This document shows positions 48,211 to 57,344 of a stretch of DNA of 64,000 nt, piece after piece. The translations under genes were made by a program, and so were the position numbers. How positions within the stretch are numbered: position 1 is the stretch's first letter; every line of letters begins with the position of its first letter. The DNA lies in NCBI GenBank assembly GCA_039798785.1, contig JBDKFG010000029.1, forward strand, positions 13,124-77,123. The letters are read 5' to 3'. The notes beneath the pieces were generated by a model. That model saw nothing but the letters and a program-made list of their open reading frames with translations, made no database searches and was not told the DNA's origin. The DNA comes from Verrucomicrobiota bacterium (GTDB taxonomy: Bacteria; Verrucomicrobiota; Lentisphaeria; Lentisphaerales; Lentisphaeraceae).

Positions 48211-48573
48211 ATGAAGTACTTCACCAAAGACCACGAATGGGTCGAACTCAACGGCAGCGTCGCCACCGTCGGCATCTCGGTCCACGCCGCCGCCGAACTC
48301 GGCGACATCACCTTCGTCGAAGTCCCCGCCGTCGGTAAAGTCGTCGCCAAGTCCGGCGTCGTCTCCGTCGTCGAATCGGTGAAAGCCGCTTCCGACATCT
48401 ACTGCCCGGTCTCCGGCACCGTCTGCGAAGCCAACACTGAGCTCGACACCAAGCCCGAACTGATCAACGAAGACGCCGAAGGCGCCGGCTGGATCTGCAA
48501 GCTCTCCGGCGTCAACGCCGCCGACCTCGCCGGCCTGATGGACGCCGCCGCCTACAAGGCCTTCCTCGGCTGA
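48211..48573 (+). CDS. gcvH: Glycine cleavage system H protein
   Basis: FTKDHEW, LGDITFVE and lipoyl motif VESVKAASD. Confidence 0.95.
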   Translation: MKYFTKDHEWVELNGSVATVGISVHAAAELGDITFVEVPAVGKVVAKSGVVSVVESVKAASDIYCPVSGTVCEANTELDTKPELINEDAEGAGWICKLSGVNAADLAGLMDAAAYKAFLG

Positions 48574-48575
48574 TA

Positions 48576-49880
48576 ATGGCTCAGCCCATTCCCGACGCGG
48601 CGGCACTGGCGGAATTCGCCGGCCGCCGCGCCGCCTTGTCAGAGGCGGCAGGCGAGGCCATCCTCCTCGTCCCCTCGGCCTATGTCCACCTGCGCAACGC
48701 CGACACCTCTTTCCCCTTCTTCCAGGAATCGGACTTCCGCTACCTCTGCGGCTTCCCCGAACCCGATTCGCTCCTGGTCATCGACCCCCTCAGCCGCAAG
48801 TCCACCCTCTTCGTCCCGCCCAAGGATCCCGAACGGGAACTCTGGGACGGCTTCCGCTTCGGCGCCGCCGGAGCCCAGGAATTCTTCGGGGTCGACGCGG
48901 CCTTCGACAGCGAGGATCTCGGCAAGGAGCTGCCGCGCCTCCTTCAGGGACGCAGCGTCATGTACAGCCCGCCCGCGACCGAACACCCCCTCAAAGCCGC
49001 CATCGACAGCGCCGTCGCCGCTTCGTCCAAGGGCCTCGTTCCAGATCTCCGCCCCGCCACCCTCGCCCGCCTCCGCCGCTTCAAGTCGCCGCGCGAACTC
49101 GGCTTGATGCGCCGCGCCGCCGCCATCTCTTCCGCCGCCCACGTCGCCGCTATGCGCGCCGGACGCAAAGCCACTCACGAATATCAGATCGAAGCCGCCT
49201 ACCGCTTCTCCTGCCTGCAGGCCGGCGCCCGCCATCAAGCCTATGAAGCCATCGTCGCGACCGGCGCCAACGCCTGCTGCCTCCACTATCAGGACAACAA
49301 CGCCGCCATCGCCCCCGGCGATCTGATCCTCATCGACGCCGGCTGCGAAGTCGAGGGCTACGCTTCCGACATCACCCGCACCTGGCCGGTCTCCGGCCGC
49401 TTCACCGGCCCCGCCCGCGATCTCTACGCCCTCTGCCTGCAAGTGCAGAAAGACGCCATCGCCCGCCTCCGTCCCGGCATCGGCATGCGTGCGGCGCATC
49501 TCGCCACCAGCCGCGACCTCGCCGAAGGCCTGCGCCAGCTCGGCCTCCTCAGCGGCAGCCTCGACGAGATCATGGAAAAGAAGCAGCTCAGCCGCTTCTA
49601 CCCGCACGGCACCAGCCACCACCTCGGCCTCGACGTGCACGACGTCTACCGCCTGCCGCGCGACCCCAAGATCGACGCTCCGCTTGAGGCCGGCATGGTG
49701 ATCACCGTCGAACCGGGCCTCTACGTCCAGTCGCACGACCTCCTCGCCCCCGCCGCCTTCCGCGGCATCGGCATCCGCATCGAAGACGACGTCTTGATCT
49801 CCGCTGACGGCTCTGAAAATCTCACCGCCGCCTGCCCGAAAGAAATCGCCGAACTCGAATCCATCCTCCAGGAATCCTGA
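48576..49880 (+). CDS. pepP: Xaa-Pro aminopeptidase (aminopeptidase P)
   Basis: FQESDFRYL, LHY, DAG..YASDITRT, HHLGLDVHD, TVEPG and GIRIED motifs. Confidence 0.93.
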   Translation: MAQPIPDAAALAEFAGRRAALSEAAGEAILLVPSAYVHLRNADTSFPFFQESDFRYLCGFPEPDSLLVIDPLSRKSTLFVPPKDPERELWDGFRFGAAGAQEFFGVDAAFDSEDLGKELPRLLQGRSVMYSPPATEHPLKAAIDSAVAASSKGLVPDLRPATLARLRRFKSPRELGLMRRAAAISSAAHVAAMRAGRKATHEYQIEAAYRFSCLQAGARHQAYEAIVATGANACCLHYQDNNAAIAPGDLILIDAGCEVEGYASDITRTWPVSGRFTGPARDLYALCLQVQKDAIARLRPGIGMRAAHLATSRDLAEGLRQLGLLSGSLDEIMEKKQLSRFYPHGTSHHLGLDVHDVYRLPRDPKIDAPLEAGMVITVEPGLYVQSHDLLAPAAFRGIGIRIEDDVLISADGSENLTAACPKEIAELESILQES

Positions 49881-49882
49881 TC

Positions 49883-51544
49883 ATGAAACGACTGCTTTTA
49901 TTTTTCCTGATCTCCTTCCTCCTCAGCGCCAGCGCCGAAGACGAATGCGTCAGCGCCCAGGAGAAGCGGGTCGACCTGTACATGAGCGACGACCCCCCGA
50001 CCCTTGACACCATGGACCAGGTGACCTCGGTCGCCTGGTTCGTCCAGGGGCATGTCTTCGAGGGCCTGATGACCGTCGACAAGAACATGAAAATCTCCCC
50101 CGGCGTGGCGGAGAAATACGAGTGGCTGCCCGGCAACCTCGGCATCCGCTTCCACCTCCGCAAAAACGCCAAGTGGAGCGATGGCAAGCCGGTCACCGCG
50201 CACGACTTCGTCTTCGCCTGGCAGCAGGTGGTCGCTCCCGCCAAAGCCAACCAGTACGCATTCATCATGTACTACGTCAAGAACGGCGAGAAGATCAGCA
50301 AGGGCGACCTGCCCTTGAATGAGCTTGGCGCTAAGGCGATCGACGACTACACACTCGAAGTCCAGCTCGAAAAACCCTGCCCCTTCTTCCTCGACCTCAC
50401 CGTCTTCGTCTCCTACATGCCCTGCCGCGAAGACTTCTTCAAATCCCGCAGCAAGCTCTCCGCCGACGGCAAGGCCTACACCGAGATGCGCTACGCCGCC
50501 ACCCCCGCCGACATGCTCTACAATGGCCCCTACAAGCTCAGCTCATGGGTCAAGCGCACCGGCCTCAAGATGGAGCGTAACGAGCACTACTGGCAGCCTG
50601 GGCTCGTCAAGATTCACAAGATCAACGTCAACTACATCTCGAAAGAGTTCCGCCCCAACTTCGCCCTCTTCCAGTCCGGCAAGATCGCCTTCACCTCGCT
50701 TAATGACGAAACCCTCAAGTCCGCCCTTGCCGCCAAGCTGCCGCTCAACACCTACAACGACGGCGGCTTCGCCTACCTCGAATTCAACCACCGCCCCAAG
50801 CGTTCCGACCGGCCGGATTGGCAGCCGATCTTTGCCAATCGCAACTTCCGCCTTGCCATCCAGCATGCGGTCAAGACCGATGACATCGTCAACCGCATCA
50901 TCGGCATCCCCGGCTACAGGATCGGCAACAGCCTGATCCCGCACTGCATCGGCGACAAGACCAAGCCTTGGCCGACGCAGTTCCCCCTGCCGCCGATCAA
51001 ATACGATGTCAAGATCGCTCGCGAATATCTCGAAAAAGCCCGCCTCGAACTGAAATTGGAGAAGTTCCCCGCTATCGACCTCCTCGTCACCGACGATCCG
51101 ACCAGCATCTCCCAGGGGGAATTCCTGCAATACTGCCTGATGCGCAACCTCGGGCTCAAACTCAATCTCGACCTCCAGACCTTTAAGCACCGGCTACAAA
51201 AACAGCATGACGGTGACTTCGACATCACTTTTTCGAGCTGGGGGCCGGACTACAATGACCCGATGACCTATGTCGACTTGCTTTGGTCGAAGAACGAAAA
51301 CAACCACGGTGCCTACAATTCGGCCGAATATGATGCCCTGGTCACCGGCGCCCAGAACTGCGCCGATCCGGTGAAGCGCCACCAGCTCTTCGACCAGGCG
51401 CAACGCCACATCCGCGACCACGCCGTTGTCGTCCCCCTCTTCGAACGCGCCGTGGTCTATGTCGTCCACAAGAAGCTCAAGGGCATGACCCGCGACTGCC
51501 TCGGCACCGACCCCTGCCTGATCCACGCCTGGATCGAAGAGTAA
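49883..51544 (+). CDS. oppA: Oligopeptide ABC transporter substrate-binding protein
   Basis: FHLRKNAKWSDGKPVTAHDFVFAW, NGPY and WGPDYNDP motifs. Confidence 0.9.
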   Translation: MKRLLLFFLISFLLSASAEDECVSAQEKRVDLYMSDDPPTLDTMDQVTSVAWFVQGHVFEGLMTVDKNMKISPGVAEKYEWLPGNLGIRFHLRKNAKWSDGKPVTAHDFVFAWQQVVAPAKANQYAFIMYYVKNGEKISKGDLPLNELGAKAIDDYTLEVQLEKPCPFFLDLTVFVSYMPCREDFFKSRSKLSADGKAYTEMRYAATPADMLYNGPYKLSSWVKRTGLKMERNEHYWQPGLVKIHKINVNYISKEFRPNFALFQSGKIAFTSLNDETLKSALAAKLPLNTYNDGGFAYLEFNHRPKRSDRPDWQPIFANRNFRLAIQHAVKTDDIVNRIIGIPGYRIGNSLIPHCIGDKTKPWPTQFPLPPIKYDVKIAREYLEKARLELKLEKFPAIDLLVTDDPTSISQGEFLQYCLMRNLGLKLNLDLQTFKHRLQKQHDGDFDITFSSWGPDYNDPMTYVDLLWSKNENNHGAYNSAEYDALVTGAQNCADPVKRHQLFDQAQRHIRDHAVVVPLFERAVVYVVHKKLKGMTRDCLGTDPCLIHAWIEE

Positions 51545-51562
51545 ATCAGCGGCATCAAACCG

Positions 51563-51670
51563 GGTTGAAAGGTTGAAAGGTTGAAAGGCAAGCCCATGAA
51601 TAACCAATGCTCAGTCCTCGCAACTCCTTAGCCATAGCCGCTCAACCTTTCTACCTCACAACCCTTCAAC
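51563..51670 (+). repeat. GGTTGAAA-array cassette between oppA and oppB
   Basis: (GGTTGAAA)3-GGCAAGCCCATG ... CTCAACCTTTCTACCTCACAACCCTTCAAC. Confidence 0.8.
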
Positions 51671-51700
51671 TGCATTTTTGAAGAAACCCGGAACACCCCC

Positions 51701-52711
51701 ATGAAAAACCTCTGGAACTGGATCACCGGCAAATCGCTCGGCTCCTACATCGCCAAACGCCTCCTCGCCGGCCTGGTCACGGTGTTCTTCATCGCCACCG
51801 CCACCTTCTTCGCCATGCATGCGGCGCCGGGCGACCCCCTCCGCGCCGAAAAGGGCGGTAACAAGGAGATCCAGGACAACCTCAAGGCCCGATACGGGCT
51901 CGACAAGCCTCTCTTCGTCCAGTACGGACTCTACATGAAGAACCTCGCTTGCGGCGACTTCGGCGAGTCCTTCACCCAGAAGAACCGGCGGGTCAACGAC
52001 ATCATCGCCGACCACTTCCCGGTCTCCGCCCTTCTCGGGGTGATGGCGATGGTCTGGGCCACTCTCGGCGGCATCCTCTGGGGCGCCTTGACCGCCCTAA
52101 GCCGCAACCGCTGGCCCGACACGGTGATCATGCTGATGGTCATCCTCGGCATCTCCGTCCCGGGCTTCGTCTTCGCCTCGATGGTGCAGCTTGGCATCGT
52201 CCATGTCAATGAATTTCTCGGCTGGAGCATCCCGATCGCAGCCAACACCACCGCCCCCGCCGATGCCGGCTTCTTCCAAAAGCTCGGCCTGATGGTTCCC
52301 AGCCTCCTCATCCCTTCGATGATGCTCGGCATCGGCACCATGGCCTTCATGACCCGCCTGATGCGCTCGTCGATGCTCGAAGTGATCAACTCCGACTACA
52401 TCCGCACTGCCCGCGCCAAGGGCCTGCCCCCCCTGCGGATCTTCTTCTCGCACCAGCTGCGCAACGCGGTGCTGCCCCTGATCACCGTCCTCGGCCCCTC
52501 GATCGCCGCGGTCACCACCGGCTCCTTCGTCATCGAGAAGATCTTCATCATCCCCGGCCTCGGCAAGTTCTTCGTCGAGGCAGTGCAGCAGGCCGACTAC
52601 GCCGTGATCATGGGCACCACCGTCTTCTACGGATCCTTCCTGGTCTTCATGGTGCTGGTCGTCGACGTCCTCTACGGCTTCATCGATCCGCGCATCCGGG
52701 TCCAGGGTTGA
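51701..52711 (+). CDS. oppB: Oligopeptide ABC transporter permease
   Basis: APGDP, YGLDKPL, EAA loop RSSMLEV..DYIRTARAKG and DVLYGFIDPRI. Confidence 0.92.
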   Translation: MKNLWNWITGKSLGSYIAKRLLAGLVTVFFIATATFFAMHAAPGDPLRAEKGGNKEIQDNLKARYGLDKPLFVQYGLYMKNLACGDFGESFTQKNRRVNDIIADHFPVSALLGVMAMVWATLGGILWGALTALSRNRWPDTVIMLMVILGISVPGFVFASMVQLGIVHVNEFLGWSIPIAANTTAPADAGFFQKLGLMVPSLLIPSMMLGIGTMAFMTRLMRSSMLEVINSDYIRTARAKGLPPLRIFFSHQLRNAVLPLITVLGPSIAAVTTGSFVIEKIFIIPGLGKFFVEAVQQADYAVIMGTTVFYGSFLVFMVLVVDVLYGFIDPRIRVQG

Positions 52712-52716
52712 GGCCC

Positions 52717-53098
52717 AGGTTGAAAGGTTGAAAAGTTCAAAGGTTGAAAGGCAAGCACATGAACAAAACCCAGACGCTCTCTGGAACCTGTGAGAATTTT
52801 GGGGTTCGACCCCTTGTGGGTCGCACATGGTAGCCCAGGGTCGAGCCGCCTCGGCGATGACCCTGGGGTTGGCGTTCCCCAAGGATCGCCGACCCGCATC
52901 GGGTCGCACAGAGTTGGACCGGACGCTGTGCGACCCGATGCGGGTCGGCAGCACATTTTCCGCCTTGACCCAGGGTCGAAGCGACCCTGGGCTACCATGT
53001 GCGACTCGCAAGGGGTCGAGCCGCAGGACGAGAAATGCGCAATCTTTCAACCTCCTCTCTCGACCTTTCAACCTTTCAACCTTTCAACCTTTCAACCT
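52717..53098. repeat. Nested palindromic element of about 380 bp: octamer-array arms around a head-to-head REP-like pair
   Basis: Arms 52717-52751 and 53064-53098 (33/35 complementary); 52806-52843 and 52982-53019 (36/38); 52888-52911 and 52926-52949 (24/24). Confidence 0.92.
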
Positions 53099-55502
53099 CC
53101 TCCTCCTCTTCGTCCTCTTCCTCGCGCCCTTCACCCAGGCGGCCCTGCCCGCGCCCGAGACGATCCGGCACAGCCCCGCCGCGCCGGCCGCAAGACCCCT
53201 CCCCGGCGGCGCCCTCGCCCTCGACTGCCCCTTCTCCCAAGTCGCCGAACGCCGCCTCTGGTGGGACTTCCCCTGCCAGCTCGACCTCAGCGAAGCCCGC
53301 GGCCTCCGCCTCTTCTTCCGCTGCGCCGACGCCAGCCCCGCCGCCTACCTGTCGGTCTACTTCCAAAGCCAAAACGGCTGGTACGGCATCGACCTGAGCC
53401 CGAAAAGCAGCGACGCGGTGGGCTCGATCGATCTCGACAAGGCGCTCAGCACGATCGACGGCAAGGTCGGCGGCTGGGCTTCGATCAGCAAGATCCGGGT
53501 GGCGGTCTGGCGCGGCGAAGCCCGCGACTGCAGCTTCGAAGTGCACGGCCTCCTGCCGCTCGCGCCGGAGGAGGCGATCCCGGTGCTCCGCAGCACCGGC
53601 CTGGCCGCCGGCCAGATGCCGCTGCCGGCCGAGGAGTCCCGGGTCTCGGCCAGCTCCGCCGCCTCGATCTGCCGGGATCTCGCCAAGGTCTCCTGCGCCC
53701 CCTTCCTCCTCGACGATCTCGACATCGCCCGTCTTGACTCCCGCCGCCACCGCCTCCTCGTCCTGCCCTACAACCCGCAGCTGCCGCCGCCGGTCCTGGA
53801 GGCGGTCCTGCGCTTCCAGCGCGAAGGCGGCCTGGTCCTGTCCTTCTACCTCCTGCCCAAGGCCCTCGGCGAAGTCCAAGGATTCCGCACCCTGGGGCTC
53901 CTGCGCGGCAAGGATCTGCCCCTCGGCCTCGGCGGCTTCCGTCTCGAGACCGAGGCCTTGCCGACCCACGTCCGCACCCTCACCCAGCGCTCCTCCCTCG
54001 CCGCCATCGGCCAGGCATCCGGCGAAGCCCGGGTCGCCGCCACCTGGTGCGACCTCAGGGGCCAAAGCCTCGAACATCCCGCCCTGCTGGTCTCGCCCGG
54101 CGGCGCCTGGATGACCCACATCTACCTCGGCCAGGACAGCCGCGGCCCCGACTTCCTCCTCGGCCTGCTCAGCCGCTTCGCCCCTGAAGCCCAGGCCCGC
54201 GCTGCCTCCCGCCGCCTTGACGCCCTCGGACAGCGCCTAGGCTATCCCGACCTGGCTGCGGCCCACGCCGAACTCGCCCGTCTCTGTCAGGGGCCCGAAG
54301 CTGCAGTCTCGCTCGAACATGCCTTGCTGCTCGAAAAACGCGCCCGCAGCCACCTCGCCGCCGGCCGCTACCAGCACGCCCACGCCGCCGCCGCCGAGTG
54401 CCGCCAGGCCCTTGAAAAAGCCTGGTGCCTGAGCCGCAAGGCCGTCCCCGGCGAGTTCCGCGGATTGTGGATCCACGACGGCTCCGGCCTCGCGGGAAGC
54501 TCCTGGCAGCAAATCGCCGACAAGGCACGACGCAGCGGCTTCTCCGATCTCCTCGTCAACCTCGCCGCCGGGCCGGAGGCCTGGTTCAAGGCCGGAGGCC
54601 TCCTCCTCCATCCCGAGGCCCGCCAGAACGACCAGCTCGCCGCTGCCCGCGACGCCTGCCGCAAAGAGGGGCTCAAGCTCCACTGCTGGATCACCTGCTT
54701 CGAGCTCCGCCGCTGCAAGGACGCCGCCTTCGTCGCCCACCTGAAGGAAACCGGCCGCCTCCTCGTCCGGCGCGACGGTAGGATCGATGCCGGCTGGCTC
54801 TGCCCCTCGCAGAACGTCAACCGCTCGCTGGTCCTCGACGCCGCCCGTGCCGCCGCAGCCGCGGGAGTCGACGGCGTCCACCTCGACTACATCCGCCATC
54901 AAGGTCCCGATGCCTGTTTCTGTCCGTCCTGCCGTGCAGCCTTTGCTGCCCGGGAGGGAAAGGTCCTGCCTGACCTGCCCAAGTCCTTGGCCGCCGATCC
55001 GGAACTGCTGAAGCGTTGGAATCAGCAGCGGCGCGATCTCATCACCAGCCTGGTCCGCGATGTCCGCAAAGTCCTGCGCTCGACTCCCGGAGTGCAGCTC
55101 TCCGCCGCGGTCTTCGATCAGCCTGAGAACATGCGCGACACCATCGCCCAGGACTGGCCGCTCTGGGCCAAGGAAGGACTGGTCGACTTCCTCTGCCCGA
55201 TGAACTACATGGACAGCCCCGAGGCCTTCTCCTCCACAGTCATCCGCCAGCAGCACATTGTCGCGGGCACCTCCTGCAAGCTCCATCCGGGCATCGGCGC
55301 CTCGACCCGCAGCCTCGATCCGATCATCGTCATCGCCCAGATCGAAGCCGCACGCCGCCAGGGCTGCCCGGGATTCACCCTCTTCTCCCTTACCACCCAC
55401 ACCGAAAAACATCTCTTCCCCCTCCTCGGCCTCGGCGTCACCCGCCCCCCCGGCCCGCCCCGCGCCCTCCCCATGCCCTGTCCCGACCCCGCCTGGGAGT
55501 GA
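53035..55502 (+). CDS. Exported glycosyl hydrolase-like 10 (YddW/DigH-like) protein; start uncertain, apparent frameshift in the octamer array
   Basis: GEFRGLWI, LKLHCW, WLCPS, VDGVHLDYIR and QDWPLW..LVDFLCPMNY motifs; signal core LLLLFVLFLAPFTQA. ATG 53035 is out of frame with the gene body. Confidence 0.75.
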
Positions 55503-55504
55503 TC

Positions 55505-56194
55505 ATGAGCCTCGACGATCACATCTGGTACGCCGTCAATCAGACCCGGGTCCTGGTCGAGCCGCGCCGCACCCTCGAGACTTTCGGCGCCAGCCGCATC
55601 GATTACGTCATCGCCTGCGAAGCCCTCGACCGTCCCGGTCTGGTGCGGCTGCGCGAAGGGGTGGTCACCAGCGCCCGTCCGCGCCTCCTGCTCCCCGGCA
55701 TGTTGGCTCAGGAGCTCCTCGACGGCTTTGGCGACGAGGCCCGCGCTTATGCCGAATGGCTCACCCGCAACGGCGACCAGATTCAGATCCTCGAGTACGG
55801 CCTGCAGATCAGCAGGCAGGAAGTCTGCTCGCACGAAGTCCACGAGCCGCTCGAGGAAGTCCTCGGCAAGCTGGTGGCGGACGCGGCCCGACAAGGCCAT
55901 CCCCGCGCCGTCATCGCCGGTGTCGACGAAGCCTGGGAGATCTCCTTGCTGAAATTCCTCCGCGGCCACGTCCTGCGCTCCGCCCCCGGCAATTCCCGCG
56001 ATCTGCGCGCCGCCGAGACCGCCATGAGGCAGGAGGCCCGGGCCCAGCAGGACGCCGCCCTCGAAGAGGAATTCTACCGAGCCCGAGGCCATCGCGAACG
56101 CCTCGCCGAACTCGGCGCCAAGCTCCGCTCCCTCGGCCTCTTCGACCGCTACGAAGACCGTTTCTACTCGCTGTGGAAGGAGGTCAGCCGATGA
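55505..56194 (+). CDS. Conserved hypothetical protein
   Basis: IWYAVNQT..PRRTLETFG, VRLREG, GVDEAWEISLLKF and LFDRYEDRF. Resembles an uncharacterised PVC family from memory; not verified. Confidence 0.7.
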   Translation: MSLDDHIWYAVNQTRVLVEPRRTLETFGASRIDYVIACEALDRPGLVRLREGVVTSARPRLLLPGMLAQELLDGFGDEARAYAEWLTRNGDQIQILEYGLQISRQEVCSHEVHEPLEEVLGKLVADAARQGHPRAVIAGVDEAWEISLLKFLRGHVLRSAPGNSRDLRAAETAMRQEARAQQDAALEEEFYRARGHRERLAELGAKLRSLGLFDRYEDRFYSLWKEVSR

Positions 56195-57147
56195 AATTCG
56201 AAGAAACCCAGAAATGGCTGTGCGAACAGCTGGGCTTGAGCTCGGATCAGCTCAACCGGCTCCTCCTCACCCTCCTCCTTGTCGTCATCTCCTTCCTCGC
56301 CCGGCGCGTCCTCCACTCGATCGCCAAACGCCGCGTCGGTGACCCCGGAAAACGCATCCTCGTCACCAAGACCGGCGAACGGGTGATCAATCTCCTCGCC
56401 CTGTTCATCGTTATCCACATCTGGTTCGGCGGCTTCTCCGATCTGGTGCAGAACCTGGGCATCCTCTCCGCCGGACTGGCCATCGCCCTCCAGGAGCCGC
56501 TCACCCACATCGCCGGCTGGATCTTCATCAATGTCCGCCAGCCTTTCGTCGTCGGCGACCGCATCCAGATCGGCCAGCTGAAGGGCGACGTCATCGACAT
56601 CCGCCTCTTCCAGTTCACGCTCCTCGAAGTCGGTGAATGGGTCCACGGCGAACAGCCGACCGGTCGCGTCATTCACGTTCCCAACGGCACCGTCTTCAAG
56701 CAGCCGCAGTCGAACTACTCCCAGGGCAACGGCTTGCTGCGCGACGAGCTGCAGCTCTGCCTCAGCTTCGAATCGGACTGGCGCCACGCACGGGAACTGC
56801 TCCTCGACATCGCCCGCCGCCACGCCAGCCTCGAAGCCCCCGAAGGCGATGGCCGGCACTCCGACCAGATCGCCGAACACGACCAGGAAGGTCTCGCCCC
56901 CAGCGCCTGGATCCACGTCACCGAACGCGGCATCATGATCACTCTGCGCTACGCCTGCCCGCTGCGCCAGCGCCGCATCGTCTGCCAACGCATCTGGGAG
57001 GACGTTCTCCGCGCAGCCGAGCGCGAATCCGCCTTCGAATTCGCCTACCCCACCACCCGCATCGTCCACCGCCGCCGTGACGAACGCAGCAATCCGGTCA
57101 GCGATTCCCCCTTGCCCGGCCCCGATGAGGAAAAGTGGGAGCGATGA
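56191..57147 (+). CDS. Small-conductance mechanosensitive channel (MscS family)
   Basis: LSAGLAIALQ, PFVVGDRIQIG..GDVIDI, VPN and FAYPT motifs; GGAGG RBS and ATGA overlap. Confidence 0.9.
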   Translation: MKFEETQKWLCEQLGLSSDQLNRLLLTLLLVVISFLARRVLHSIAKRRVGDPGKRILVTKTGERVINLLALFIVIHIWFGGFSDLVQNLGILSAGLAIALQEPLTHIAGWIFINVRQPFVVGDRIQIGQLKGDVIDIRLFQFTLLEVGEWVHGEQPTGRVIHVPNGTVFKQPQSNYSQGNGLLRDELQLCLSFESDWRHARELLLDIARRHASLEAPEGDGRHSDQIAEHDQEGLAPSAWIHVTERGIMITLRYACPLRQRRIVCQRIWEDVLRAAERESAFEFAYPTTRIVHRRRDERSNPVSDSPLPGPDEEKWER

Positions 57148-57344
57148 GCCGCAAAGGCTGAAAAGGCATGGCAAGCTTCGAGCTTAAGTGCATCTCGCAG
57201 CTGAGACCAGTCCGCACCCGATTCTTTCAAACTCTTTACTTGCGATTTATTCTGGACTCAAATGAAATACCCCAGAATAGAATGCTTGTTTTTGATTTTC
57301 GTAAGCCGTAGATTGATTCGGCTCATCAACCTCGAGGATCGTCC

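Noticed and set aside
52827..53034. N-terminal 70 aa of the 891-aa ORF
   Set aside because: Translated palindromic repeat DNA; unlikely to precede a signal peptide, though not excluded.
51563..53098. GTTGAAAG repeats as a CRISPR array
   Set aside because: They resemble CRISPR repeat ends but are 8-bp tandem units with no regular spacers, and no cas genes are present.
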